Positions 16,751 to 25,985 of a DNA stretch of 33,066 nt are shown here, piece after piece; the first letter of the stretch is position 1; the number at the start of each line of letters is the position of its first letter. Under the pieces are notes generated by a model. The model saw only the letters and a program-made list of their open reading frames with translations. It was not told where the DNA came from and ran no database searches. The stretch is from a virus (taxonomy: Duplodnaviria; Caudoviricetes). The DNA is taken from IMG/VR virus record IMGVR_UViG_3300033076_000465, positions 1 to 33,066 of that record. One strand, 5' to 3'. The position numbers were made by a program, and so were the translations under genes.

Positions 16751-17055
16751 AGGTTCTCCGCAAGACGACACCTCGTGCTTACCGCGAACCCCGCAAAGCC
16801 CCGGCCGAAGGCAAGGGCGTCCCTCCAATGGTCAAGTGGATCTGGATGGAGATGCAGCACCAGAAGATCTCCCAGCTCGCCATGCAGGACTACTCGGGCG
16901 TCGAGACCAAGAAGTTCAACTCCTGGGTCCGTGGCGCGAGCAGCCCCAAGCTGGTGGACATCGAGGCGATGGTCAACGCGCTGGGATACAACCTCACGGT
17001 CAGCGTGTCCCAGAAGCTGGACTTCTCGCCGCCGTGGCTGAAGGATGAATCCTAG
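16747..17055 (+). CDS. XRE/Cro-like HTH protein
   Basis: ISQLAMQDYSGVETKKFNSWVRGASSPKLVDIEAMVNALG fits the XRE HTH pattern. Confidence 0.8.
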   Translation: MKVLRKTTPRAYREPRKAPAEGKGVPPMVKWIWMEMQHQKISQLAMQDYSGVETKKFNSWVRGASSPKLVDIEAMVNALGYNLTVSVSQKLDFSPPWLKDES

Positions 17056-17291
17056 AGCCCCTTACGCCATGCCCGGTTCTTACTCCGGGAAGTAACCTGA
17101 AGATTGGCCCTTGCGTTTGTACCACCCGAACGCAGGGGCTTTTTGTGATCTACTTCTTTGCCGTCGCCTTTGTGGACACGGCCTTCCGCTTTGAGCTCGT
17201 TGCGCGCGGCGTTTCGCATGGCGCGCTTTTTCTTCTGCTCGGGCTTCGCGTGGTAGTTGTCGTACTCTTCCCGGTAGTTACGTTCGCGCAT
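17052..17291 (-). CDS. small HNH endonuclease
   Basis: EVDHKKPLRSGGTNARANLQVTSRSKNR; RBS GAGGA upstream. Confidence 0.88.
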   Translation of the reverse strand: MRERNYREEYDNYHAKPEQKKKRAMRNAARNELKAEGRVHKGDGKEVDHKKPLRSGGTNARANLQVTSRSKNRAWRKGL

Positions 17292-17752
17292 TTTGCCTTT
17301 TTCCTCTGAAAGCTGGTGACCTTATTACACCATTGCACGTATTCATTCACGGGCAAAATACCGCGCCACTGGTTCACCGCAGCACAGACGAGCTGCACGT
17401 TCCCCTTCTTGTAACCTTTCTTCGGATTGATCTTGTCGATGCTGGCGTTAGTCCATGCTCGAACGCCGAGCTTCAGATTACAGGTGAGTTTCTCACCGGA
17501 CAGCGCACACCGATAGTCCTGCTTCTTGAGGAGCTCCAAGAGCATCTTCGTGTTGAGCGCCGCACTTTTCTTTTTCAATAACCTCGGAAAGTAACGCTCC
17601 CAGTGCCCAGAGATGCGCTGGTATTGGACCGCCGTCTCTGAGCTTCCTGTGAGGTACCGCCAGCCGAGGCGGCACTTGCGCGAGCAATGTAGTTGGGTCT
17701 TGCGTGAGGGGGTGTATTGCGTTCCGCATGACGGGCAATACCTAGGCTTCAA
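17150..17752 (-). CDS. Zn-finger HNH-like (His-Me) endonuclease, probably mobile
   Basis: CPSC...CSRKC, then RCALSG...ASIDKINPKKGYKKGNVQLVCAAVN; Lys-rich and locally lower GC. Confidence 0.75.
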   Translation of the reverse strand: MKPRYCPSCGTQYTPSRKTQLHCSRKCRLGWRYLTGSSETAVQYQRISGHWERYFPRLLKKKSAALNTKMLLELLKKQDYRCALSGEKLTCNLKLGVRAWTNASIDKINPKKGYKKGNVQLVCAAVNQWRGILPVNEYVQWCNKVTSFQRKKAKCANVTTGKSTTTTTRSPSRRKSAPCETPRATSSKRKAVSTKATAKK

Positions 17753-17754
17753 AA

Positions 17755-20700
17755 CTACTCCTGATTTTCTTTCTTCTTGTCCTGCCGCCAGTAGCGGCGG
17801 ATCGAGCCAATGTTGAGCGGGCGAGCCTTGTGATCTTTGCGCTTGAGCTGGATGTTGTACTCACGGATGGCGGCAACCGCCCGCATCTCCGCTTTCTTGT
17901 CGCCACGGTCGAGCGCCTGCGTCAGATCGTTGCGCAGCTCTTTCTCGCTCTTCTTGCGCGTGTTCGACTCACGGATCTCGCGACCAACCGCACGGCCCTG
18001 CTCGGCGGTCTTCAGCGAGCGGAAGCCAGCAACCTGTTCAGCCGCTTCCACGCCTGACAACTTGCCACGCTGGTATCCCTGGATCGCCTTCATGGTGTCG
18101 CCGAAGGTCTTGAACGGAATGGCGAGCTCGAGCCCCTTCTGTACGTCGCCGACGGTGTTGGCATTGCGCAGCGTCTGTGCGGCCGTCAGCCAGTCGCCAA
18201 CGGTCGAGCCGGGTGCGCCCAGCACCGTGGTACCCACATAGAGGGTAAGCCCCTCCTTGTCGTAGCTCTTGGGGGAGAAGCCGGTAGCAAGGTCCGCCAT
18301 GCTGAGACGGCTGGCAAAGTCGATCCCGGTTACCGTGGAAAGTAATCCGTTGTTGATGATCGAGCCGAGGGTCTTGCCGGTCTTCTCCTCGATGAGGCGA
18401 CGCATCTTGTCTTCTTCGTCATCCCAGCCAGCGCCCTGACCAAGGAACGCAGCCGCAATGAAGCCCAGCTTGATGAGTTCGACGCCGGGGAGCCCAAAGG
18501 TGCCCGCGACCGCAGCCTGAGTTGCTACGAGGTTCATAAGCTGCTTGCGTGCGATGATGCGCTCGGCCGGATCGGCGTCCTTGAACGCACGGTGTGCCAT
18601 GTCGGTCATGAGCTGGTACTGGAGCAGGCCGTACTTCTTGAACTGGAGCGCCCAGCCCAGACCCTTCATCTTCATCCAGCGCGGCGTGTTACTTCCGCGG
18701 TAATCGCCCTGCGTGTTGAACACGGTGTCTACGGCTTCCTGCAACGCATTCTGATGCGGCTTGCCGGAGTCGATGGCGAGGTCATAGGCGGTGACCGCAG
18801 TCACGGCACGGTTCATGACTTCGATTGCGTTGGGGAGCTGGCGGGCAATGCGGTCCACCTTGGCCAGCGAACGGCCAAATGCGCCACGGCCCTGCTCGGT
18901 CGCCGCCCCCACCTCCATGCCGGAGTCAGATGAGAGGACGCCGCGCTCGATCAGCTCGTCGATCAGAGCATCGTATTCTTTGCCGAGATTCTTGCGGAGC
19001 GAGCCAATCAGGTCAGTCGTGTCGATGGTCGCCTTGGCGGCCTGAGCCGCCGCCTTGGCGGTGTTCTTCAGTCCGGCACCAGCAGTCTCGATGACACCGA
19101 TGCGATGGTACGCAGACGCCAGCGCGACAGAGGCGTTCGCGTTACCATACCGGCCACCCAGTACCGGCAGCGCCGTGGTCAGAGGCTGCATACCGTTGAT
19201 GATCGAGTAGGCCGGGGACACCAGCTTGTCGAAGTAGGACAACGTCGCAATGTCCTGAAGCATCTGCACAGGACGGTTGGGGCTCTGAATGCTGGCTTCG
19301 CGGGCGCGGAGCTCGTTCATCACCTGCGAGACCGCGCCAGCGTTGTTGGTAAGAGTTGAACCCTTCTCAACGTCGTTCATGCGGAGCATGGCATCGTGCA
19401 TCTCGGGCGCGGTGCGCAGCGTTGCATGATAGTTGCCCGCCGCCGTGGCGTAGGTGAGCGCTGCGCGGGCGATGTCGTTGGACGCGCCGCGCACGTTGCG
19501 CCGGGCCAGGCTGCGCTTCTGCGCCTTGTTCCCGTGCATCTGAGCGATCACCGCGTTCTCCACGATGTTCTTCATCATCTCAGCTTGGCCGGGCGTAGAC
19601 TTGTCGTTGGCACTGATCGAGTTGACGATAGCCGCCAGCGTCGAGCCCTTGACGAGTTCCGACTCGCCAAAGTTGCGGCGCTCCATTACCTGCGAAGTAA
19701 CGTCAGACGTGCTGGCCTTGCGGAACGCCTCGGCTTCCTTGCGGGTCTGGAAGAAGTGCGCGCCTTCGGTCTGGAAGCGGGCCTCGAACACGACATCATA
19801 ATCGCGGTCGGAGCGCTGCTCGCCCTCGGTGACCAGCTTGCCGGTCGCCTTGTCCTTGTAGCGCTTGGAGATGCCGCTCAAGGTAAGATCATGCTTGGCC
19901 GCATAGTCCCGGAGCTGACGCTGCACCGCAGTGCGCCCGCCACGAACAGTCGGATCCACCTGCACCCGCACGGTGTTCCCGTCGATCTCGGTCTTCACCG
20001 GGATTTGCACGACTGTTGAGGTCGTGACCTTGGTAACCTTCTTGTTCGCATCGACCTTGTTGACCGTCCGCGTTACCTTCATCGGTACGGTGGTCCAGCC
20101 CGGATCGACCAGCTTCTCCTTCGTCGTCACGACGTGCTCGCCGTAGCGCATCTGAGGGAAGTAGTCGCCCTTCATCAGACGCAGCTCGGTGGCGCGTTCC
20201 AGGTTGTGGAACAGCGTCTTGTCGTTGATCAGAGCCTCGTCGGCAGCGTCCAGCTTGCCCTCGGTGACCTTCGTCATCAGGCGCATGACGTCGGAGTTCG
20301 ACAGCTTGGGCTCGATCCGCTTGAGGATGTTGTAGGTCAGCGCCTCGACGTTGGAGTTGTGGGCGTCGCGGTAGAGCGTGGTGAGCTTCTTGTAGAGCGC
20401 CTTGGCTTCAGGGCTGAGCTTCTCAAAGCGGGTATTGAGGTCAGCCAGACGCTGCTTGCCCTGCAAGCCCTTGGCGGCATTCGTACCAAGATGTTCGTTG
20501 GACTCGCCCTTGCCCAGCTTCACGTTGAGGCGCGTGGCCTCCATAGCGAGCTCGGCAAACTCCATCGCTTCATCGGGCTTGGTGCGGGCCAGATCAGCAA
20601 ACTCGGCAGCAGCCTTGCGCAGCGGCTCGGCATACTCCTCGACGATGTTGTCGCGGCGCTGGACGAGCTTGACGTAATCCTCGAGCGCGTTGCCCTGCTT

Positions 20701-23700
20701 GTCGTTGAAGAGCCCACGGAACTTCTGGCGCATGAAGTCCAGCGTCATGGTCTTCAGTGCGAAGCTGCGCAGCTTGGCGTTGATCGGCTCACCCTTGCCC
20801 TTGAAGGAAGCGGGCTGCGGTTCGATGGGCTCGGCCGGTCCCATGCCGGGAGACGGCGGCTCCTTGTAGGGCGGTGCAGCGCCTTCGGACGGGTTACTTT
20901 CCGAAGTATCCTTGCCGAACGCCTTGATGGCTTCCTCGATGAGGAATGGCACCGTCGCAGGATCGACCGACTTGCCGACTTCGGCCTTGAGGAAGTCGTT
21001 GATCTCCTTGGCCTGAGCGCGCGGGACGCCGCCAGCCATGAGCTGGTTCCAAGCGGACTGCTTCTTGGGCTCGCTCTGGAACGCCTCAACGATGGACGCC
21101 AGGTCCTCGTCGCTGATCCCGTCCTTGAAGTTCTCAGCGATGATCTTGGCAGCGGAGCGAGCGGTCTTGGGATCGAGCCCGCGCTTGATGAGCTCGCCGA
21201 CGTTGGCGTCCTTGCCCTTCTTGCTGGGCATTGCTTCCATATTGTCGAGGTTCTCGCGGATGGTCTGAACCTCATCGCGCACCTTGTCGGCCTGTGCCTC
21301 GACCTTGTCGGCAAGGCTCATCACGGCGGTGAGCGCGTCTACCTCAGAACCCTTGATCCCAAGAAGGTTGCGGCGCTTGAGGACGTAGGCCGTGACCATG
21401 CGAGCCAGCGCTTGCCAAATGCTGCCACCGCTCGGCATGCCGAAGTGGGCAGACATCTCGCGCGGCAGCTTCAGCGACTGGAGAAAATCCTGGAAGCGCG
21501 GATTGGTGAGCGCCTCGGAGAGAAACTCGTGAGCGTTGGTCAGGCCGTACTCATTGCCCCGGCCCTTGGGGATCGCCTTGGCTCGCACGGCGTCGAGCAG
21601 CATATCGACGTCAGCGCGCAGATCCTCATCCGTCTCGAGCCCAATCGACAGGAGCGCGTGGAGCCCTTCATGGCTCAAGAGCTGAGAGCTGATCTTGCCG
21701 TTTTCCATGCTAAGGGCGGAGATCAGGATCGTGTTGGTACGCGGATCGTAGTCGCCCGCGACATCGCCGGGCTTCTCCTTCGGATGCAGCCGGTCAAGCA
21801 CTTCCTGATCCACGATAAGGACGGGCGTATCTCCAACCTTCTCGCGCAGCCTGCTGATGACCGTTGCGACGATGCCACGGTTGAACTCAGAACCTGGCAG
21901 TGCCGACGCCTTGCTCAACGCCGCGTCGAGCGTGGTCTTGTCAAGGATTTCCTCTTCACTCAGGTTCTCCCGCAGATTGCGGTCAACCGGGCTGCTGTTG
22001 CCGGACCCGTTCCGCTTGCTCGGGAAAATCTGATCCAAGGGCCGGTCAGGCTTGAACGTGTCGCTGACTTGCTGCTCATCGAACACGCCATAGACAGTGC
22101 TCGCAACATTGCCGCCGTCGATGACGTTCTTCAGGACAACGCCGTCATGGCCCTCATCCTTGGCTTTCTTCAGCATGACCGCGTACTTGTTCGGATCGTA
22201 GCGCTTGCCCTCCATGTCAATGACGAGAGGGTTCTCCATGCGGATGCGGGAGAGGCGCACATTGCCGCCCAGCCAGTCGAGGCGTCCCTTGGAGCGATCA
22301 GCCTGGGTCAGTTGGCGGCGAGTGTAGCTGTCCGCCACCTTCTTGTTACGAGCGAACCAGAACGTATCGAAGCCGGAGACGAACTTCGAGTTCTTGAACT
22401 GGTTGAGGAACCTACGGAAGACCGCATTGGTACCGTGATACACGTCGGCAACGAACGGCTTGCCAGTCTCATACTCGCTGATTGACGCGGGTTCTTCGCG
22501 CGTGTCCTGCATTACTTCTGAAGTAACGTCAGTTGGCTTGACGTTGAACTCGGGTCCGTTGTCTTCCGTCTCGTTGACCTGTTCGTCCTCGGCGATGTTG
22601 GGCTTACGCTTCTTGGGCCTGCCCTCGGAGTCACCGCCCATAAGCGGCTCCCACCAGTTGCCTTGCAGTCCTTTCGGCTCAGCCGTCAGCTTTGCTGCTG
22701 CCGCTGCGCGCTGCTCAGGAGAGATCGCAACGTCCAGCTTGCGGCCAGACCGCCCCTTGGGCTTGCTCTCGACCTGAACTTTCTTGGCGCGGTCACCGCT
22801 GACTGCGCGATAGCCGGGGTTACTTTCCGAAGTAGCACGCGGGCGTTCGACGCCAGCTTCGGGCACCTGGTCAGTGACGACCTCCGTAGCCATCGCCTGA
22901 GCGTCTTCGTCGCCCTCTTCGCGCGCTTCTAGGTTTTCCTCGGGCGTGCTGGCATCAGACGCCATGTCCTCTGTGGCGTCAGTCGTGACGCCGTCGTTGT
23001 TGGTCTTGGTCTTCTTCGGACCCTTCTTGGCACCACCCTCGATGCCACGGGATTCGAGGTACGCGTCGATCATCCCAGCGCGCAGAAGGGCTTCTGCTGA
23101 GCGGAAATCGACAAAGTCCTGATTATTGGGGTTCGATTTCTTTGCCAGCCTGCGGGCCTCGAACAGCAACATCTGAGCTGCGTTCGGCGCGAGATCGGGG
23201 TCGTCCGACATGGCAATGCGCTCGAAGAGATGCTCGCCCTTGTTGTTGGGCGAAGTCTTTGAGTGCATCTCCTCGACCATGGCACGGGCGCGAGCCATCA
23301 CCGAAGCGCGAGCAACGTCGCCCTTGGGCGAGCTGCTCTGGATCGCGTCTTCCTGTTTGTTCGTATTGTGCCCTGCAATGATCTCATCAGCAGCGCGCTT
23401 GTTGTTGACGCGGCGGGCGCGCTCCGCCTTGGCGATCTTATTGGTGACCGTTTCGGGCTCTTCGGGCAGGGCAGCGGCAGTTGCATCCTGCTCAGCCTGC
23501 TGGCGCTCTTCGGCCTGCTTTATCTCCGCTTCGTTCTGGGCCTGCTTCTCTTGCTGTGCGACAGCGGCCTCCGCATCACTGCGCAGGGCGTCTTCATTGG
23601 TGGGGCGAAGCACGCGGCGCTGGCCGGGCTCGACAGGCTTGGCGGCCTCTTCCTCGTTCTTCTGGCGCTGCTCGGCCATGTAGGCTTCGACACGCGCTTT

Positions 23701-25983
23701 GCGCTCGGCTTCCTTCTGGGCAGCAAGCTCCTCGGGGGTCGGGCCTTCCTTGGCCTTCGACGCATTGACAGCAGCCTGAGCCTTCGGGGGACGAGGAGCC
23801 CTCTGAGCCCTCGCAGCTTCCCTCGCAGCCCGTGCAGCTTCACGCTCGGCAGCAGCCTTGGCCTCTGCCGCCTGACGGTTCTTGGTAATCTCCTGCCATG
23901 CCGCCGTCACCGCCTTCTCGCGCTCGGCGGGGTCCATGCGCTCCAGCTCCATGCCGGTCTCGCGGCGAACCTTGGAGCGGATGTCAGCATTGATGCTGGC
24001 GCGCTTACCGCGCGGCATGCCGTCATAGTCTTCAGGGGCGATGCCTGCGTCGAGCAGAACATCGCGCTGTGTCACGGTCTGATACTTCGGCTTCTTGGGC
24101 GTTGCCGTGATGGTCTCGTTCAGAGACTGCGTGGGCGTATCGCCGCCACCAGCAGAAGGCTCTGGCATTTCGTTGACGGGGGGCAGCGCATCAGCAGCCT
24201 GCTTGGCCGGAGACGAAGCAGGCTCACGAGCTTCCGGTGACACCGGCTGGCTCGGCGGCGCACTGGACGGACCAAGTTCCTGGAGTGCCTCGGCAGCGCG
24301 GCTAGGTGGGGCCGCAGGAACACCCCCAACCTGCGGCCCCGCTGACGCCGCAGCCGGTGCAGGAGCCGACTCTGGCGCAGCATTCTGTTCTGCGTACTCG
24401 CGCTCCTTCTGACGGAAGGCTGCGAGGGCCTTGATGTACTCGCCAGCGGCACCAGGTCCGGTGCCGGGAGTCGGCGGCTGGGGAGCTGTGGGTTGGTTAC
24501 TTGCCGCAGTAACTGCCGCCTGCTGATCGGGCGGAGTCTCTCCGACCTGAATGCCGGACTTGACCTCGGCAGGTGCCTGCGTCGGAGGCGTCTCACGACG
24601 CGGCGGTGCGACGGTCGGCTGGGTGGCATTCAGTGCAGCAGCCTCGGCCGAATTTGCTCCCTTGTCGGAGACGGTTTCGACCTTCTGGCGGCCACCGGTT
24701 GTCAGGTTCTCACGAGCGATCTGGCCAGCAGTAGTGGCACCGCCCGTAACTGCGCTTCCAAGACCTTCACCGACAATATCGGGGAGGCTGATCTCATCAC
24801 CCGCAGCAACTTCAGCGGCGAGTTCCCCGGCGCTATCGCCAGCAGACTCGATGCCAGCGCCAGCAATTGCCGTCGCAGCCTTCTTCTTGAAAGGCGCAGC
24901 GACCACGCCTTCGGCAAGGTTCTCGGTGAACCCGCCGACGGCACCGCTCGCGCCACCAATGACCACGGCACGGACACGGGCCTTGCCGATCATCGTCAGG
25001 ATTTCGTCAGTGTTCTCGAGCGCGTACTTCTCGACAGCGGCCTGATCCGACGTGTCGATGCCCTTGGCCTGGAGGTCCTCCGTGAGATACTGGGCCATCG
25101 AGGTGCCCATCTCGATGGAGCCGCCAGCGAGCGCACCCATAGCGGCTGCGCCTTCGGGACCGGCGATACCGCCGACGATGGACGCAAGCATGGTGGGGGC
25201 GGACGACGGCAGCGAGCGCAGGACAAGCGTACGGGTTACTCCGTAGGGATCGCTCGCGAGCGCGTCCCACATGGAGCCAGCCTTCTCAACAAGCCCTTCG
25301 CCCTCTGGATCGTTGAACTGCTTTGCCGCCGGGTTGGTCGGGATCGCCTCGATAGCCTTGCTGAGCTTCTGGATCTCGCCAATGTTCTTGACGATGCTCT
25401 GCACTGCCTTCGGCTTCAGCACTGCCGCTTCGTCCTCGGCAGACTGCGGCCCCTGACCCTGCGGGTAGAGCATCATGAGCTGCGAGCGGCGAGCGCTCAG
25501 CTTGGCGCGTTCATCGCCAGCTTTCTGCCATTGGTCGTCGGGGAGCTTCTCGATGTCGGCCAACCGCTTGTCGATCTGGGCCAGCTCCTGTTCGTCGAGG
25601 GCTGCTCCCTTCTGCATGCGATTGGCGCGGGCAATGTCGCCAGCGGCACCGGCAACGGCAAGGGCAGGACGAACCTGCTTGAGGGTCTCGATACCCGCCT
25701 CGATGTCGCCCATTGCGGTCGAGGTGTCGGCGTCCTCCGGCTCTCGCTTGGAAATCGAGACGGGCTTGCGCTCAACCGGCTTGGTCGCAGGTTCGTTAGC
25801 GTTGTACCGGAACTTGTTCTTAGGCGCAGGCTTGGTCGGAATAGCTTCCGGCGTCGGCTCGGCTTCGCCATTGAGCTGCGAAAGCAGAGCCGGATCGGTG
25901 ACTTCTTTTGTTTCGTTAGAGCCCTCGCTGGAGTTAAGCTGGTCGAGGAGAGTGGGGTCGGTTACCTCAACAAGATTATCCAT
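17755..25983 (-). CDS. 2742-aa internal virion/ejection polyvalent protein (ART + zincin peptidase + PLxRFG-like domain)
   Basis: YHGT...FWFA...MENPL...GHDGV (ART-PolyVal-like, ~22470-22060); GDYDP...SHEGLH...HEFLSEA (zincin, ~21800-21500); DYFPQMRYG (~20166-20141). Confidence 0.85.
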   Translation of the reverse strand: MDNLVEVTDPTLLDQLNSSEGSNETKEVTDPALLSQLNGEAEPTPEAIPTKPAPKNKFRYNANEPATKPVERKPVSISKREPEDADTSTAMGDIEAGIETLKQVRPALAVAGAAGDIARANRMQKGAALDEQELAQIDKRLADIEKLPDDQWQKAGDERAKLSARRSQLMMLYPQGQGPQSAEDEAAVLKPKAVQSIVKNIGEIQKLSKAIEAIPTNPAAKQFNDPEGEGLVEKAGSMWDALASDPYGVTRTLVLRSLPSSAPTMLASIVGGIAGPEGAAAMGALAGGSIEMGTSMAQYLTEDLQAKGIDTSDQAAVEKYALENTDEILTMIGKARVRAVVIGGASGAVGGFTENLAEGVVAAPFKKKAATAIAGAGIESAGDSAGELAAEVAAGDEISLPDIVGEGLGSAVTGGATTAGQIARENLTTGGRQKVETVSDKGANSAEAAALNATQPTVAPPRRETPPTQAPAEVKSGIQVGETPPDQQAAVTAASNQPTAPQPPTPGTGPGAAGEYIKALAAFRQKEREYAEQNAAPESAPAPAAASAGPQVGGVPAAPPSRAAEALQELGPSSAPPSQPVSPEAREPASSPAKQAADALPPVNEMPEPSAGGGDTPTQSLNETITATPKKPKYQTVTQRDVLLDAGIAPEDYDGMPRGKRASINADIRSKVRRETGMELERMDPAEREKAVTAAWQEITKNRQAAEAKAAAEREAARAAREAARAQRAPRPPKAQAAVNASKAKEGPTPEELAAQKEAERKARVEAYMAEQRQKNEEEAAKPVEPGQRRVLRPTNEDALRSDAEAAVAQQEKQAQNEAEIKQAEERQQAEQDATAAALPEEPETVTNKIAKAERARRVNNKRAADEIIAGHNTNKQEDAIQSSSPKGDVARASVMARARAMVEEMHSKTSPNNKGEHLFERIAMSDDPDLAPNAAQMLLFEARRLAKKSNPNNQDFVDFRSAEALLRAGMIDAYLESRGIEGGAKKGPKKTKTNNDGVTTDATEDMASDASTPEENLEAREEGDEDAQAMATEVVTDQVPEAGVERPRATSESNPGYRAVSGDRAKKVQVESKPKGRSGRKLDVAISPEQRAAAAAKLTAEPKGLQGNWWEPLMGGDSEGRPKKRKPNIAEDEQVNETEDNGPEFNVKPTDVTSEVMQDTREEPASISEYETGKPFVADVYHGTNAVFRRFLNQFKNSKFVSGFDTFWFARNKKVADSYTRRQLTQADRSKGRLDWLGGNVRLSRIRMENPLVIDMEGKRYDPNKYAVMLKKAKDEGHDGVVLKNVIDGGNVASTVYGVFDEQQVSDTFKPDRPLDQIFPSKRNGSGNSSPVDRNLRENLSEEEILDKTTLDAALSKASALPGSEFNRGIVATVISRLREKVGDTPVLIVDQEVLDRLHPKEKPGDVAGDYDPRTNTILISALSMENGKISSQLLSHEGLHALLSIGLETDEDLRADVDMLLDAVRAKAIPKGRGNEYGLTNAHEFLSEALTNPRFQDFLQSLKLPREMSAHFGMPSGGSIWQALARMVTAYVLKRRNLLGIKGSEVDALTAVMSLADKVEAQADKVRDEVQTIRENLDNMEAMPSKKGKDANVGELIKRGLDPKTARSAAKIIAENFKDGISDEDLASIVEAFQSEPKKQSAWNQLMAGGVPRAQAKEINDFLKAEVGKSVDPATVPFLIEEAIKAFGKDTSESNPSEGAAPPYKEPPSPGMGPAEPIEPQPASFKGKGEPINAKLRSFALKTMTLDFMRQKFRGLFNDKQGNALEDYVKLVQRRDNIVEEYAEPLRKAAAEFADLARTKPDEAMEFAELAMEATRLNVKLGKGESNEHLGTNAAKGLQGKQRLADLNTRFEKLSPEAKALYKKLTTLYRDAHNSNVEALTYNILKRIEPKLSNSDVMRLMTKVTEGKLDAADEALINDKTLFHNLERATELRLMKGDYFPQMRYGEHVVTTKEKLVDPGWTTVPMKVTRTVNKVDANKKVTKVTTSTVVQIPVKTEIDGNTVRVQVDPTVRGGRTAVQRQLRDYAAKHDLTLSGISKRYKDKATGKLVTEGEQRSDRDYDVVFEARFQTEGAHFFQTRKEAEAFRKASTSDVTSQVMERRNFGESELVKGSTLAAIVNSISANDKSTPGQAEMMKNIVENAVIAQMHGNKAQKRSLARRNVRGASNDIARAALTYATAAGNYHATLRTAPEMHDAMLRMNDVEKGSTLTNNAGAVSQVMNELRAREASIQSPNRPVQMLQDIATLSYFDKLVSPAYSIINGMQPLTTALPVLGGRYGNANASVALASAYHRIGVIETAGAGLKNTAKAAAQAAKATIDTTDLIGSLRKNLGKEYDALIDELIERGVLSSDSGMEVGAATEQGRGAFGRSLAKVDRIARQLPNAIEVMNRAVTAVTAYDLAIDSGKPHQNALQEAVDTVFNTQGDYRGSNTPRWMKMKGLGWALQFKKYGLLQYQLMTDMAHRAFKDADPAERIIARKQLMNLVATQAAVAGTFGLPGVELIKLGFIAAAFLGQGAGWDDEEDKMRRLIEEKTGKTLGSIINNGLLSTVTGIDFASRLSMADLATGFSPKSYDKEGLTLYVGTTVLGAPGSTVGDWLTAAQTLRNANTVGDVQKGLELAIPFKTFGDTMKAIQGYQRGKLSGVEAAEQVAGFRSLKTAEQGRAVGREIRESNTRKKSEKELRNDLTQALDRGDKKAEMRAVAAIREYNIQLKRKDHKARPLNIGSIRRYWRQDKKKENQE

Positions 25984-25985
25984 GC

